DNA of 64,000 bases from a virus. Both the position numbers and the translations under genes were made by a program. Of this stretch, positions 1-10,061 are shown piece after piece (the first letter of the stretch is position 1; each line of letters opens with the position of its first letter). The stretch lies in the IMG/VR virus record IMGVR_UViG_3300006802_000078, positions 1-64,000 of that record, one strand, 5' to 3'. Under the pieces are notes generated by a model, which was not told the DNA's origin, ran no database searches, and worked only from the letters and a program-made list of their open reading frames with translations.

Positions 1-161
1 CCAGGAGGCGGCTGGACAAGGCGTGGAGCCGGTCCGAGAGGAGCTTTGCGCCGGCTGCGTGTCCCATGCCCCTCCTACAGGCCCCCGCGCCCTCAGATGA
101 GGGTCGGGGCCGTCGCCGCGGGGCCTGAGCTACGGTAGCACGGTCGGGGGTGCGTGACCGG

Positions 162-368
162 TCAGGAGCGAACCAACGCCTCCAGGGCGCGGGCTACTTC
201 GCGCCGCCCGTCGATCTCGCACCAGTCCCATCGGGGCCGCCGCGACGTGAAGGCGCCTTGCCCGCGGAATGGCTCCAGCACACCGACTTCCGGCACGCCG
301 AAGTGGCTGAGCATGTCGGCTACTACCCAATCGGGGGTGTAGACCCTGTCGCCTCGCTTATCTTCCAT
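162..368 (-). pseudogene. Truncated DNA amino-methyltransferase (N-terminal SAM-binding part only)
   Basis: YTPDWVV, VLEPFRGQGAF and WCEID motifs; the ORF stops after 68 aa with no NPPY/DPPY catalytic motif. Confidence 0.6.
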
Positions 369-441
369 CTCAGTCCTGCGATGGCGCCCCTCATGGCCGC
401 AGGGGTGCCGGTCTGCCCGGCGGCGCGGGCGCGTGTCTCGC

Positions 442-2952
442 TCAGGTGTCGGCCATGTCGAGCAGGGCCAGCAAGTCGTCGTCGTCATCCCCCCCGGCGC
501 TGTCCGCGCTGTCCGCGCTGCTGCGCTCAGCGGCTTCCTTCTTCGCCGCCGCGAGGAGGGAGGCGGCAGCCAGAGACGTGCTCGGAGCGGTGGCAGCGCC
601 CAGCACCTCGTCGATGCCCTTGCGGGTCACCCAGATGCAGGGGATGTCGGCGAGGTCTACGCGGGTCACGCGCCACGGCATCTTGATGCGCCTGACCCGC
701 TTCTCCCACTCCTCGCCCGGGTCTTCCGCCACCCCGTCCCTGAGCTTGGGGACGGCGATCCATCCCCGATCGACCCAGGATGGGATCACCTGGTCCCAGT
801 CGTAGCCTCGGTCGCGGAACAGCCGCTCCAGCCAGGACTTCGCGAACTGGATGCCGCGGTAGTTCTCCGAAGGAGACCACGCCCCGCTCCACCCTCCGGT
901 GGGGCGCTCGGGCACCACGCTGCGGGCGCCGGCGTACTCACGGATGACGTTGCGGTGCCTGCCGTAGAAGGTCCACGGCACCCGCCCGGCCTCGGTGTAG
1001 GCGACCAGCAGCGCCTCACCAGGCAGGTCGGCGCGCAGCTCCAGGCTCGATGCCATGTGCAGGATCACCCTCACGGGGTGGATCCCCCTGGTGCGGCAGC
1101 GGGGGTCCAGGGGTCCGTACGGGCGGGGCACCCCGAGCTCGTCGTGCACCAGCATCTCCGCCACCTCGAGCGCCGCTGCGTAGGCCGCGACTCGCCCTCC
1201 CGTCGAGCCGCCCGTTGCGACCACGGCTTGGCTGATGTGCAGCTTCGCGCGCTCCTTGTACCAGCGCCGCATCTCCGCGATCTGCGCGGGGGTCTTCGAC
1301 TGCAGCAGCGCGACCAGCCGCGGGATCAGGTGCCCGTAGTGGGTCACCGCCCCCTCTTCGATCTCGCGGAGCAGGATCGCGGTGTTGGGGTCGTTCTCCC
1401 CTGACGGCGGGTGGGGGATCTCCACGCAGCGGGCACGCGCGCCGCGGGCGTTAGAGTAGGGGACGATGGGACCTTCGTGCGACGACAGCACGTCGAGCTG
1501 CCAGTAGCTCTTGCTCGTCAGCTGGGGGGCGCCCCCCGGCCCGAGCCCGCCGCGGGTCCCCGCCTGCCCCCCGGCGATGGCGAAGATCGCGTCTCCGATC
1601 ACACCACGCTGCTTGGCGTCCAGGTCCATCGCGTCGTCGAAGAAGACCGTCATCGACCGCGAACAGCTCAGGAGCTGGCTGATGCCGAACGCCTTGATGT
1701 TCCAGGACTCGATGATCCCCCCCTCGGTACGCGGGGGGTACGCCTGGCAGCTGGCGGACAGGGTGAGCGTCGTGGTCTTGCCCGTGCCGGGGTCGCCCCC
1801 GAGGTTGATCGTGAAGCCGCGGGCGCCCAGGATGGTCAGCAGCACGCTGGCGGCCGTCATCAAGACCCCGGTCGTCATCAGCGGGAAGGGGCGGGCCTTC
1901 TCCACGGTGGCGAGCCACCCCTCCCACGAGCCACCGTAGCGGAACTTGCTGCAGTACCCCTCCGTACCAGTGGCCGCCTGGAACACCGGCACGGGGTGGG
2001 GGTAGCCCGGTGGCACGATGGGGGTCGAGCCCCAGAAGAACGGGATCCAGGGGGGCTTGAGCGGCAGGCTGTCGCTGTCGGCGGCATCCTCCTCCTCGTC
2101 GGGGTCATCACCATCGAGCTCGGTCACGCTGCGCTTGACCTCCAGCGCCCAGCCCATCTGGGACACGACGATGCTCGGCTGGAGCCAGCGTGCGTTCTCG
2201 GACTCGAACGCCGCCAGCCAACGGATGACCTCGTCGGCGTTGGTGTCGCCCACGTTCATCCCGTGGTCAGCCAGATCGACGATGCTGCGCCGCTTCGCGA
2301 TGAAGGTGCGGGGCAGGATGCGCCGGTCCCACCCACGGCGGGATCCCATCGGGCGCCAGATCAGGTTGACCTTGTGCTCTCCCCCTCGCGCGTCGCGGGT
2401 GAGGCCCACCACGAAGGCAAGGCGGCAGACGCGGATGGGCTCCGCCTTGCCGTTCTTGCCATAGTTGTCGCGGTAGACGACGTTTCCGTCGATCCTGTAC
2501 CCCAACGGGACTGTCAGGGAGGACCACGTCTCAGGGGAGACGACGTCGGCGGGGGGCGGGCCGCCCCCCACCGCGTTCGCGACGGTGACCCTGGGCTCGA
2601 TCTTCCTCGCCTCGCGCTCTGCCACGCGGGCTTCCGCCTCGATCTCAGCTGCGCGTTGCAGCACCAGCGTCCGGTACCGCTGGGCCAGGCTCTTCATGCT
2701 GCGGACCAGCGAGAGCGCGACGAGCTGCTCGAGCACCCTGCTGGCCGTACCCGCGTCCGCGGCATCCTCCGCTACGACGCGGAACACCGCCGGGTTCCGC
2801 AGCCAGTCGTCTACCCCATGGCGGTCGTTGGCCGACCCCGCAGCCCTCGCCGCCTCCACGGCGTGGCGCACCAGGTCGGCGCCCGCCGTGGAGCGGGGGT
2901 CCACATCAGCCAAGCGCAGCAGCACATCAGCAGGAGCGGTGTCAGTGGTCAT
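442..2952 (-). CDS. DUF927-family (Cch-like) replicative helicase / origin-binding ATPase
   Basis: 836 aa; SQMGW, GSWEGW, Walker A GDPGTGKTT, Walker B VFFDD, GARAR arginine finger, HYGH. Confidence 0.85.
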   Translation of the reverse strand: MTTDTAPADVLLRLADVDPRSTAGADLVRHAVEAARAAGSANDRHGVDDWLRNPAVFRVVAEDAADAGTASRVLEQLVALSLVRSMKSLAQRYRTLVLQRAAEIEAEARVAEREARKIEPRVTVANAVGGGPPPADVVSPETWSSLTVPLGYRIDGNVVYRDNYGKNGKAEPIRVCRLAFVVGLTRDARGGEHKVNLIWRPMGSRRGWDRRILPRTFIAKRRSIVDLADHGMNVGDTNADEVIRWLAAFESENARWLQPSIVVSQMGWALEVKRSVTELDGDDPDEEEDAADSDSLPLKPPWIPFFWGSTPIVPPGYPHPVPVFQAATGTEGYCSKFRYGGSWEGWLATVEKARPFPLMTTGVLMTAASVLLTILGARGFTINLGGDPGTGKTTTLTLSASCQAYPPRTEGGIIESWNIKAFGISQLLSCSRSMTVFFDDAMDLDAKQRGVIGDAIFAIAGGQAGTRGGLGPGGAPQLTSKSYWQLDVLSSHEGPIVPYSNARGARARCVEIPHPPSGENDPNTAILLREIEEGAVTHYGHLIPRLVALLQSKTPAQIAEMRRWYKERAKLHISQAVVATGGSTGGRVAAYAAALEVAEMLVHDELGVPRPYGPLDPRCRTRGIHPVRVILHMASSLELRADLPGEALLVAYTEAGRVPWTFYGRHRNVIREYAGARSVVPERPTGGWSGAWSPSENYRGIQFAKSWLERLFRDRGYDWDQVIPSWVDRGWIAVPKLRDGVAEDPGEEWEKRVRRIKMPWRVTRVDLADIPCIWVTRKGIDEVLGAATAPSTSLAAASLLAAAKKEAAERSSADSADSAGGDDDDDLLALLDMADT

Positions 2953-3007
2953 GGAGTGCTCATCGTAGCGCGTGGAGGGGGGTGAGGGCAGTTGTGGGCC
3001 ACGCGGT

Positions 3008-5035
3008 CTACCTGAGGACCGGCGCCTGCTTGCGCTGGACCGAGTACCCGAGCTCGGCGGCGGCTGCGAGGAAGTCCTCGTTCTCGTTGGTGGTGGTGAG
3101 GATCACCTGGGCGATAGGGCCGCCCCGGTCCGCCCTGGCGAGCTTCTTCATGATGGAGAGCATCAGCGACTCCGGCCGATCCCGGTCCTTGACCACGATG
3201 ACCGTGGCTGTGGGCTTGCCCGACTTCGCCGCCAGCTCCGCCAGCGCCGCCCCCTCCGCGGCGGTGACCGCCGAGAGCTGCCCGTCGGACAGCCTGCTGT
3301 GGAGGTAGCCGTTGACCATCAGGCCGCGGGCGATGGCGCTCGTGCCTTCCAGCCCGAGCTCGACGCCGTAGGTGCCCACCTCGGTCTCGTCCAGGTGCGC
3401 CTGCACCAGCGCGCACCAGGGGGCGATGACGTCGCCGGCCTGCTCCTTGGCGAGCTTCAGGACGATCTTCTCGACGGCGTCTGCCGCCGCCACGGCTTCG
3501 CGCGCCCGCTTCGCCTTGGCCTCCAGGTCGGTGAGCGCAGCTTGACGAAGCTCCCGCGCCTCGCGGGAGGCCTTGCGCTTGTCCGCGTCGCTGTACGCCG
3601 CGCTCGCCCGAGCCTCGGCTTCCTCGGCTTGGCGGACAGCTTCGGCCGAAGCTGCGATCTCTTCCTCTGCGCTGCCTCCTTCCTCCTCACCCGTGGACCA
3701 ATCCCAGCCGGCTTCCCACGCCGACAGCTGCGTCTCGAGCTGGCCGATCGCGGCCTTGACCCGCTCGATCAGGGTCTCCGTCGCCATCTTGGTCGTCTTC
3801 GCATCGGAGCAGACCCTGTCCTGGGCCCCCCTCGCGCTCGTCGCCGCCACGCTCGCGGCCTTCGCCGTGACGACGGCGTCGGTCAGAGTCGAGACCGCAC
3901 CCAGGAGGCGCTGCACGCTGGCGTCGTCCCAGCTCGAAGACGCGGCGCCGCAGCAGCGGCACTTGCTGACGCCGGCCTGGAAGTCGCGGGTCTTCCTGAT
4001 CGCTTCCACGATGTCCGGGGTCAGCCCCAGCGGGAGCTTGCCAGCGCGCTCCACCGCGGCCTGCAGCACGGCCTTCGCGCGGGCCTCCTGCTGCGCGAGC
4101 TCCTGGCTCTTCTCCTCCGCCGCGGCGTAGGCGGCCTTCGCCGTCGTGAGGGCCACCTCGGTCTCCGCCAGCTTGACCCGGCCGGCGTTGATCTTGGCCC
4201 GCCGCTCCTCCCGCTCCCGCCGCTGCTCGTCCCCCGCCCGCGGCTGCTTCGGCTTCGCCGCGAGCCCGGTGTAGGTGATGCGCCGCTGCTTCACCTCCTC
4301 CCGGGCCTCGCGCAGGGCAGCCGCGAGCGTCTCGCACTCCCCGTCGGTGTACACGACCTCGTCGCCCAGCGCCGCCCGCCCCAGGGTCACCTTCTCGTCG
4401 AGCGCGTCCGCCGAGGCCTTGCGGTCCTTCTTGACCTTGGCGCAGGCGGCCACGATGTCGTCGTTGGTGGCATCCGCCGCATCGGTGAGGGACGCCTCGA
4501 TCGCATCCCAGGTGGGGGTGATCTTGGGGGAGAGCTCCGTCCTGATCGAGCCGATGATGCTGAGCGACAGCACCCGCGACAGGTGCCGTCGGATGGTGTC
4601 CGCCCGGCCGGAGAACAGCCGGTCGGCCTCGTCCACGACGAGGCACACGTCAGCGTCGTAGGTGTTGAGGCAGTCCTCATCAGCCGGGTTCGGGTAGCTG
4701 ATCTTCTTCGACCGGGGCGTGACGTTCTTCACCGCCTTGTAGCTGGCGGTGCCCACGGTCTTGCCCGTGGCGCTGTCGCAGAGGGTGGCGGTCGCCGAGA
4801 GCTCCTGGCTGCCGTCTTCCTTGGGGCGGCTGAGCGCGGGGACCAGGACGGGGGCGGAGACGGTACCCCCTACCCCCTTCGTCGCTGCGAGCTCGAGGCG
4901 CTCGGCCACCGCCGACTTGCCGCTGCCCGCGGGGCCGACGATGAGGGTGAGGGGGCTCAGCAGGGTGGGCACATCTTCGCCATCGGGGGACTTGAGGGTA
5001 CCCGACGCGTGGGAAAAGTAGAGCATCTTACTCAA
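3008..5035 (-). CDS. SMC/Rad50/SbcC-like coiled-coil ATPase
   Basis: N-terminal Walker A VGPAGSGKS, long coiled coils around a central CRCC (zinc-hook-like), signature LSDGQ, C-terminal QVILTT. Confidence 0.8.
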   Translation of the reverse strand: MSKMLYFSHASGTLKSPDGEDVPTLLSPLTLIVGPAGSGKSAVAERLELAATKGVGGTVSAPVLVPALSRPKEDGSQELSATATLCDSATGKTVGTASYKAVKNVTPRSKKISYPNPADEDCLNTYDADVCLVVDEADRLFSGRADTIRRHLSRVLSLSIIGSIRTELSPKITPTWDAIEASLTDAADATNDDIVAACAKVKKDRKASADALDEKVTLGRAALGDEVVYTDGECETLAAALREAREEVKQRRITYTGLAAKPKQPRAGDEQRREREERRAKINAGRVKLAETEVALTTAKAAYAAAEEKSQELAQQEARAKAVLQAAVERAGKLPLGLTPDIVEAIRKTRDFQAGVSKCRCCGAASSSWDDASVQRLLGAVSTLTDAVVTAKAASVAATSARGAQDRVCSDAKTTKMATETLIERVKAAIGQLETQLSAWEAGWDWSTGEEEGGSAEEEIAASAEAVRQAEEAEARASAAYSDADKRKASREARELRQAALTDLEAKAKRAREAVAAADAVEKIVLKLAKEQAGDVIAPWCALVQAHLDETEVGTYGVELGLEGTSAIARGLMVNGYLHSRLSDGQLSAVTAAEGAALAELAAKSGKPTATVIVVKDRDRPESLMLSIMKKLARADRGGPIAQVILTTTNENEDFLAAAAELGYSVQRKQAPVLR

Positions 5036-5052
5036 CTCCTTGGTGGTTCAGT

Positions 5053-6270
5053 TCAGGCAGACACGGCGAGGCGCCGGCTGCTGCGGGTGACGCCGGTGTA
5101 CCGGAGCGCACGGCACTCCAGGCTCCGGCGGGAAGCGTAGGTCTCCCAGTAGACGACCTCGGGGAACTGGGATCCCTGCGCACGGTGGACGCTGGCGGCG
5201 TAGGCGTAGCGCGCCTGTACCAGCGGGGGCAGCTTCGCCCCAGAGAGCCAACGCTCGATGAGGACTGTGGCATCGCGGCGGAGCGACTCCCCCCGGGCGA
5301 GGGACTTTGTGTAGACCGAGACCTCCTCGACGCGCCCATCCTCAAGCTCCAGGCGGCAGATCTGTAGGTCGCGGTGCCGCATCATCATGGGGGTGGCTTC
5401 CTCCACATCCACGACCCGAGCGAACTCGTTGCGGACGGCGCCGATGTCCTGCGCCTTCTCGCAGAAGAGGATCCGGTCGCCCGCCGCCAGCGGAGCGCCC
5501 CCGCGCCCCAGCTTCTCCCGCACCAGGTGGTTCACCCGGTCGATGTCCTCGTTGCGGTAGGTCAGCAGCACGATGTCGGCGCCAGCGGCGACCCGCTTCG
5601 CCAGCACCGCCTCGGGGGCGAAGCTGCCGGCGGGGAGGAGCTTCACGTCTGGGCCCTCCCAGACCCAGCGGGGAGCGCTCTGCCATGTCCAGCGCCGCCC
5701 CCCCTGGTCGATGGCGTCCGCCAGCGAGATGATAGGAGAGCCCGCCGCCTGGCGGTGAATCGTCTCCAGGCTCGCCGTGGGCTGGAACAGACAGGGGACG
5801 ATGCTCCCCTTGGGTGGGGGGAGCTGCCGCGTGTCGCCCACGAGCACCAGGCAGGAGCCTTCGGGCATGACCGACAGCAGGTCGTCGTAGACGCTCTGGT
5901 GCAGCATCGACGCCTCATCGACGAGGAACACCTCCCCCACCCCGCAGGGAGCGTGGCGGTTGCCGAAGCAGATGTGGGTGTCGCCCGTGGCCTTGTCCTC
6001 CTTCTCGAAGACGTGGCCGTAGAGGCAGGAGTGGACGGAAGCCACGGGCCTCCCGATGGCGGCGGACAGCACCTTGGCGGCGCGCCACGTGGGGGCGGCG
6101 ACAACGACGCGGCGCCCGGTCGCCTCGATGCGAGCGATCATCTCCTTCGTGATCGTCGTCTTGCCCGTGCCCGCCTTGCCGGTGAGCTGCGCCTCCTGCG
6201 CACCCCCCAGGATGGCGGACAGCATCGCGTCGAGCGCCGCCTGCTGGTCAGGGCTGAAGGTGATGGTCAC
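5053..6270 (-). CDS. SF1B helicase, Dda/RecD-like
   Basis: LTGKAGTGKTT, AAPT, LVDEASM, VGDTRQLPP, IHRQ, YAASVHRAQGSQF, YTGVTR. Confidence 0.95.
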   Translation of the reverse strand: MTITFSPDQQAALDAMLSAILGGAQEAQLTGKAGTGKTTITKEMIARIEATGRRVVVAAPTWRAAKVLSAAIGRPVASVHSCLYGHVFEKEDKATGDTHICFGNRHAPCGVGEVFLVDEASMLHQSVYDDLLSVMPEGSCLVLVGDTRQLPPPKGSIVPCLFQPTASLETIHRQAAGSPIISLADAIDQGGRRWTWQSAPRWVWEGPDVKLLPAGSFAPEAVLAKRVAAGADIVLLTYRNEDIDRVNHLVREKLGRGGAPLAAGDRILFCEKAQDIGAVRNEFARVVDVEEATPMMMRHRDLQICRLELEDGRVEEVSVYTKSLARGESLRRDATVLIERWLSGAKLPPLVQARYAYAASVHRAQGSQFPEVVYWETYASRRSLECRALRYTGVTRSSRRLAVSA

Positions 6271-6971
6271 TTGCTACCTCGTGCGGCGTGGGACAGGAGC
6301 CTGGCCTGCTCCCCTCGGATGTAGTTGAGCTGGCCTCGGGTGAAGCTGCGTCGCTCTCGGATCCCGATCGCCATGTCGGCGAAGGTCTCCGCCAGCTTGG
6401 CCTCGCCGCGGGAGCGCAGCGCGTCGGCCAGCGCGCCGGCCTCGGAGGCCACCTGGCCCCAGCTCACGCTGGCGTCGGCTTCGGCCGAGGTGATGTTCTC
6501 CCCGTGGCGCCTGGGGCCGAGGCCGTCCCCGACGAGCAGCGCTGTGGTCCCACGCTTCCCCCGCATGGCATCGTCGCACTCCCACGCCAACCCGCGGACG
6601 CGGATGGGCTCGGCGCCGGTGAGGACCCCGACGAGGACGTCGGCTCGGATCAAGTCCTGGGCGACGCTGGCCATGAAGCCGCTGACCCTGGGGATGTCCA
6701 GCGACGTGTCGTGCTCGCCACCGAGGGCGAACCAGAGGGAGCCGAGGCGGAGCTCGGTGAACGCCGCCAGGATGTAGCTCGGCTTGATCCCCTTGCGGCC
6801 GCTGTCGCGCTCGGCGGCGAAGAAGTCGTTGCCCAGGGTCACGGCCGGCGCGGGCGCGTGGAAGAACGTCTCCAGCGTGAACAGCAGCGCGCTGCGTGCG
6901 ATGGCCTCGTTCTCGCCGCGCGGGACGTGGAGGTAGGCCGGGTAGGCCTTGAGTCTGTCGATGGGGTTCAC
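6267..6971 (-). CDS. Hypothetical protein
   Basis: 234 aa; fills the gap in the operon; SD GAAGGAAG upstream; overlaps the next start codon. Confidence 0.7.
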   Translation of the reverse strand: MNPIDRLKAYPAYLHVPRGENEAIARSALLFTLETFFHAPAPAVTLGNDFFAAERDSGRKGIKPSYILAAFTELRLGSLWFALGGEHDTSLDIPRVSGFMASVAQDLIRADVLVGVLTGAEPIRVRGLAWECDDAMRGKRGTTALLVGDGLGPRRHGENITSAEADASVSWGQVASEAGALADALRSRGEAKLAETFADMAIGIRERRSFTRGQLNYIRGEQARLLSHAARGSK

Positions 6972-6981
6972 TTCGCTGCTC

Positions 6982-9900
6982 CTATGCTTCCTTCAGGTTG
7001 GTACCGACGCCCGCGCTGCTCGTGTAGGCCACGGGCTCTCCCTCGAAGACGACTTGCATGAGCTCCTCCACCCGAGCGCGGGCCCGCTCGGCGTCGGCGT
7101 CCCAGCGGAGGATCTTCTTCCCACCCGGCCCTGCCTCGTGCCACGCACGACCCCGCGTCTCGACCACGAGCTGGTCGTGGACCTGGAGCACCACGCCCGT
7201 GCCGGGTCCTGCGTGGCCTCGGTAGAACTCGGTGAGCAGCTGCTGCTCGGCGCACCAGGCGATGTGGGCTTCGTCTCGCAGCACCGGCCAGTTCACCACG
7301 GCGTTGAGCTTGCCGTCCTCGAGCGGACCGCTCCGCACCTTGGTGTAGCCGCTCTTCATCCAGCCGCCGTTGCGGCGGTACTCGGCGCAGAGCGCGTCCC
7401 ACCGCCACTGCCACTGGGGCTCGGCCCGCATCCACTTCTCGTGGTACTCGATGATGTCGTCGAGCTGGTAGCCCAGGTAGGGCAGTGAGCCGTCGTTGCG
7501 CTCGGTCGAGGTGATGACGCGCCAGATCGTCGCGGGCGCCGCGCCGTAGATGGCGGCGTAGCGGAAGATCTTCATGACGTCGCGCATCATGTCGGCGTCG
7601 CCCCCCTCCGGCTTCCGCTTCAGGGAGGGGGGAGCGTCCCCCCAACCGGTCGCGTCGAAGTAGGCGTCGCCGTAGACCGCCGCCGCCAGCGCCCCGTGAG
7701 GGTCGACGCCGTTGGCGAACGCCTCGCAGAGCACCGGGATCCCCCAGCGGTTGGCGATGATCCGCAGGTGGAGCTGGTCGATGTCGGGGCCGATGAAGAC
7801 GTGCGGCTCCCCCTTGGGCCCCTTGCCAGGGACGAAGATGGTCTTCAGCGCCGCCTGGCCCTTTTTCTTGCCGATGACCATCAGCGATGGGCCGTTCGAG
7901 GTGAGGCGCCAGACCGCGGTCGAGTGGGAGCCGAAGGTCGATCGAACTCTACCGTCGTGGTCCCACACGAGGCCCCCCTCGGAGCGTAGCCCGAGGGGAA
8001 GCAAGGTTGTTCCAAGCATCTTGCCCATCTTTCTACGATAGAGTCGAAGATGCTGAAGATAGAAAAGCTGGGCGCGGCTGAGCGAGCTGCCCGCCATGTG
8101 GGCCAGGATGACGGCGTCGCCCGTCCCGGGCAGGCCCGTGCCGGTGAGGAACTCCTTCTCGCTCATCCCCTTGGGGACGCCGAGCTGCCAGTCCTCGTAG
8201 AGGAGCCGCCGCATCTGGTCGAACGACGCCGGGTTGAAGTCGCTCGTCCGCTTGAGCTCGTCGACCGCAGCCGCCCACTCGTCGGAGTCGACGTCGCGGG
8301 GGTTCAGCCCGAACATCTCGCAGACGTCGTCCTCCCCGAAGGTACCCAGCGCGAAGCCCCCCTCGGAGTCCTGCAGCTGGATCCGCTCAGCCCCCGCCTC
8401 GGTAGCGAGGCGCTTCATCTGGTAGAGGTGGTCCGCGGCCTCGATCCTGAGCTGGGCGATCTGCCGCCTGCGCTCCACTTGGTCGACCACGATGCCGATC
8501 TCGGACATGTCTCGGCAGAAGGTGCGACGGGAGTGGTCGATGCCCTGTTGGGTCAGCTCTGGATGCGACGCCGCGCTGCCGTAGCCGACGCTCGGGCGGT
8601 AGCGGTAGTCGACCACATCGTAGTAGCCGTTCTCCCTGGCTTCGCGACGCAGGCTCGGCAGGATCCGGAGGTTCACGATGCAGTCGGTCTCGTTGTACTC
8701 CTGCCGCTCCTCGGCGCTGACCTTGTCGGAGGTGGCCGCTTCCTCCCCCTTGTCGTTGATGTCCCAGCGATCGACGTCTGTGCGGAGCCTGCCCTGGGGC
8801 TTCAGCCCCTTCGGGCTGTCGGGCATGGCCGCGCGGGCCAGGTCGAGTGAGTCCTCCGTGCACGCGTCGATGAGGGTGATGCCGTAACGGTGCTTCATCA
8901 CCAGGTAGTCGAAGCTGCGGACGTTGTGCCCCACGACACGGGGGAGGGGCCTGCCGGCGAATACCCCGACCGAGTGGAGCCAGTCGTCGAACAGGCGCAG
9001 GATCCGCCACCAGTCGCGCGCCGAGTACCACTCGCGGGTGACGCCAACGCTCCGCGCCGGCCACGCGGCGTCGAGGGGGTTGTCGACCACGATGCCCCCC
9101 TCGTCCAGGTCGGGGGCGGCGATGGCGAAGCACCGCACGTCGGTGACGAAGGTGACGATGCCCGTCGTCTCGATGTCGAAGCTGTACTCTGGGTAGGGGG
9201 TGCCTTCGGCATGACCCGGGCACGAGGCGAGCAGCCAGTCGCGGAACTGCTCGACGGTCGGCCGGCGCAGCCTGTCCCCGTAGGTCCAGCGGAGCTTGTT
9301 GTTGAAGTAGCGGAGCGCCTTCTCCAGGTCGTGCTTGAGCCAGGGGCGCGCCGCCGGCGAGCGCATGGTGAAGGCGGGGTGGAACGACGCCAGCGCTGGC
9401 TTCGGCTCGCTGCTGGCGCCCTCGGGTAGCAGCCCCGCAGCCTTCATCGTGTCGCCGCGGTGCTTTGCGATGCCACCCCGCACCCCGGTGACGGCGCGCA
9501 GGGCGGAGGCACCCAGCGGTACGATCCCCCGGTACGGCTCGGCGGTCGCGAGCAGCGCTGGGTGGCAGCACTCGACCGGATCGGGCAGCTCCATCATCAC
9601 GGCGCGGTCGGCCGCCGCCTTCGTCATGTAGGCCCCGCTCGCGCGGAGCTCGTTGCTCCGCGCCTTGCGCATCCGGGACAGCGTGGCTGTCATGCGAGAC
9701 CAGGCGCCTGTCGGATCCCCCGGGATCTTGCAGAGGAGCACGTTCGTCAGCGAGAACATGCTTCGGGTGAGCCCAGCGGCAGCGAGCACCCGGGCCAGCT
9801 CAAGGCCGGAGGCCCCCGCCAGGGGGTAGCCGCGCTGCACCTCCTTCCACGCAGGGCTCTCACCGACGAGCAGGTACTCGGCTCCGTCGTTGATCTCGGG

Positions 9901-10059
9901 GAGCACGGGTACGAGCGGCTCTCCAGAGGAGATGCGCAGCCTCCCCTTCGGACCGATGGGGCACACATCGCACCGCGCCCCCGCCGCCATCGCATCCTGG
10001 CAGGTAGCAGCGGCGACGTCGTCGGGTAGGTTGCCTGCTGCGGGGCGCCGCCGCCGCAT
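6982..10059 (-). CDS. polA: Family A DNA polymerase with N-terminal uracil-DNA glycosylase-like domain (SPO1-type) and 3'-5' exonuclease
   Basis: UDG motifs LVGESPA..E, GASG, TNVLLC, FHPAF; ExoI FDIETTG, ExoII GHNVRSFD, ExoIII YNETD; motif A PDIDQLHLR, motif B RDVMKIFRYAAIYG, motif C LQVHDQL. Confidence 0.93.
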   Translation of the reverse strand: MRRRRPAAGNLPDDVAAATCQDAMAAGARCDVCPIGPKGRLRISSGEPLVPVLPEINDGAEYLLVGESPAWKEVQRGYPLAGASGLELARVLAAAGLTRSMFSLTNVLLCKIPGDPTGAWSRMTATLSRMRKARSNELRASGAYMTKAAADRAVMMELPDPVECCHPALLATAEPYRGIVPLGASALRAVTGVRGGIAKHRGDTMKAAGLLPEGASSEPKPALASFHPAFTMRSPAARPWLKHDLEKALRYFNNKLRWTYGDRLRRPTVEQFRDWLLASCPGHAEGTPYPEYSFDIETTGIVTFVTDVRCFAIAAPDLDEGGIVVDNPLDAAWPARSVGVTREWYSARDWWRILRLFDDWLHSVGVFAGRPLPRVVGHNVRSFDYLVMKHRYGITLIDACTEDSLDLARAAMPDSPKGLKPQGRLRTDVDRWDINDKGEEAATSDKVSAEERQEYNETDCIVNLRILPSLRREARENGYYDVVDYRYRPSVGYGSAASHPELTQQGIDHSRRTFCRDMSEIGIVVDQVERRRQIAQLRIEAADHLYQMKRLATEAGAERIQLQDSEGGFALGTFGEDDVCEMFGLNPRDVDSDEWAAAVDELKRTSDFNPASFDQMRRLLYEDWQLGVPKGMSEKEFLTGTGLPGTGDAVILAHMAGSSLSRAQLFYLQHLRLYRRKMGKMLGTTLLPLGLRSEGGLVWDHDGRVRSTFGSHSTAVWRLTSNGPSLMVIGKKKGQAALKTIFVPGKGPKGEPHVFIGPDIDQLHLRIIANRWGIPVLCEAFANGVDPHGALAAAVYGDAYFDATGWGDAPPSLKRKPEGGDADMMRDVMKIFRYAAIYGAAPATIWRVITSTERNDGSLPYLGYQLDDIIEYHEKWMRAEPQWQWRWDALCAEYRRNGGWMKSGYTKVRSGPLEDGKLNAVVNWPVLRDEAHIAWCAEQQLLTEFYRGHAGPGTGVVLQVHDQLVVETRGRAWHEAGPGGKKILRWDADAERARARVEELMQVVFEGEPVAYTSSAGVGTNLKEA

Positions 10060-10061
10060 GG

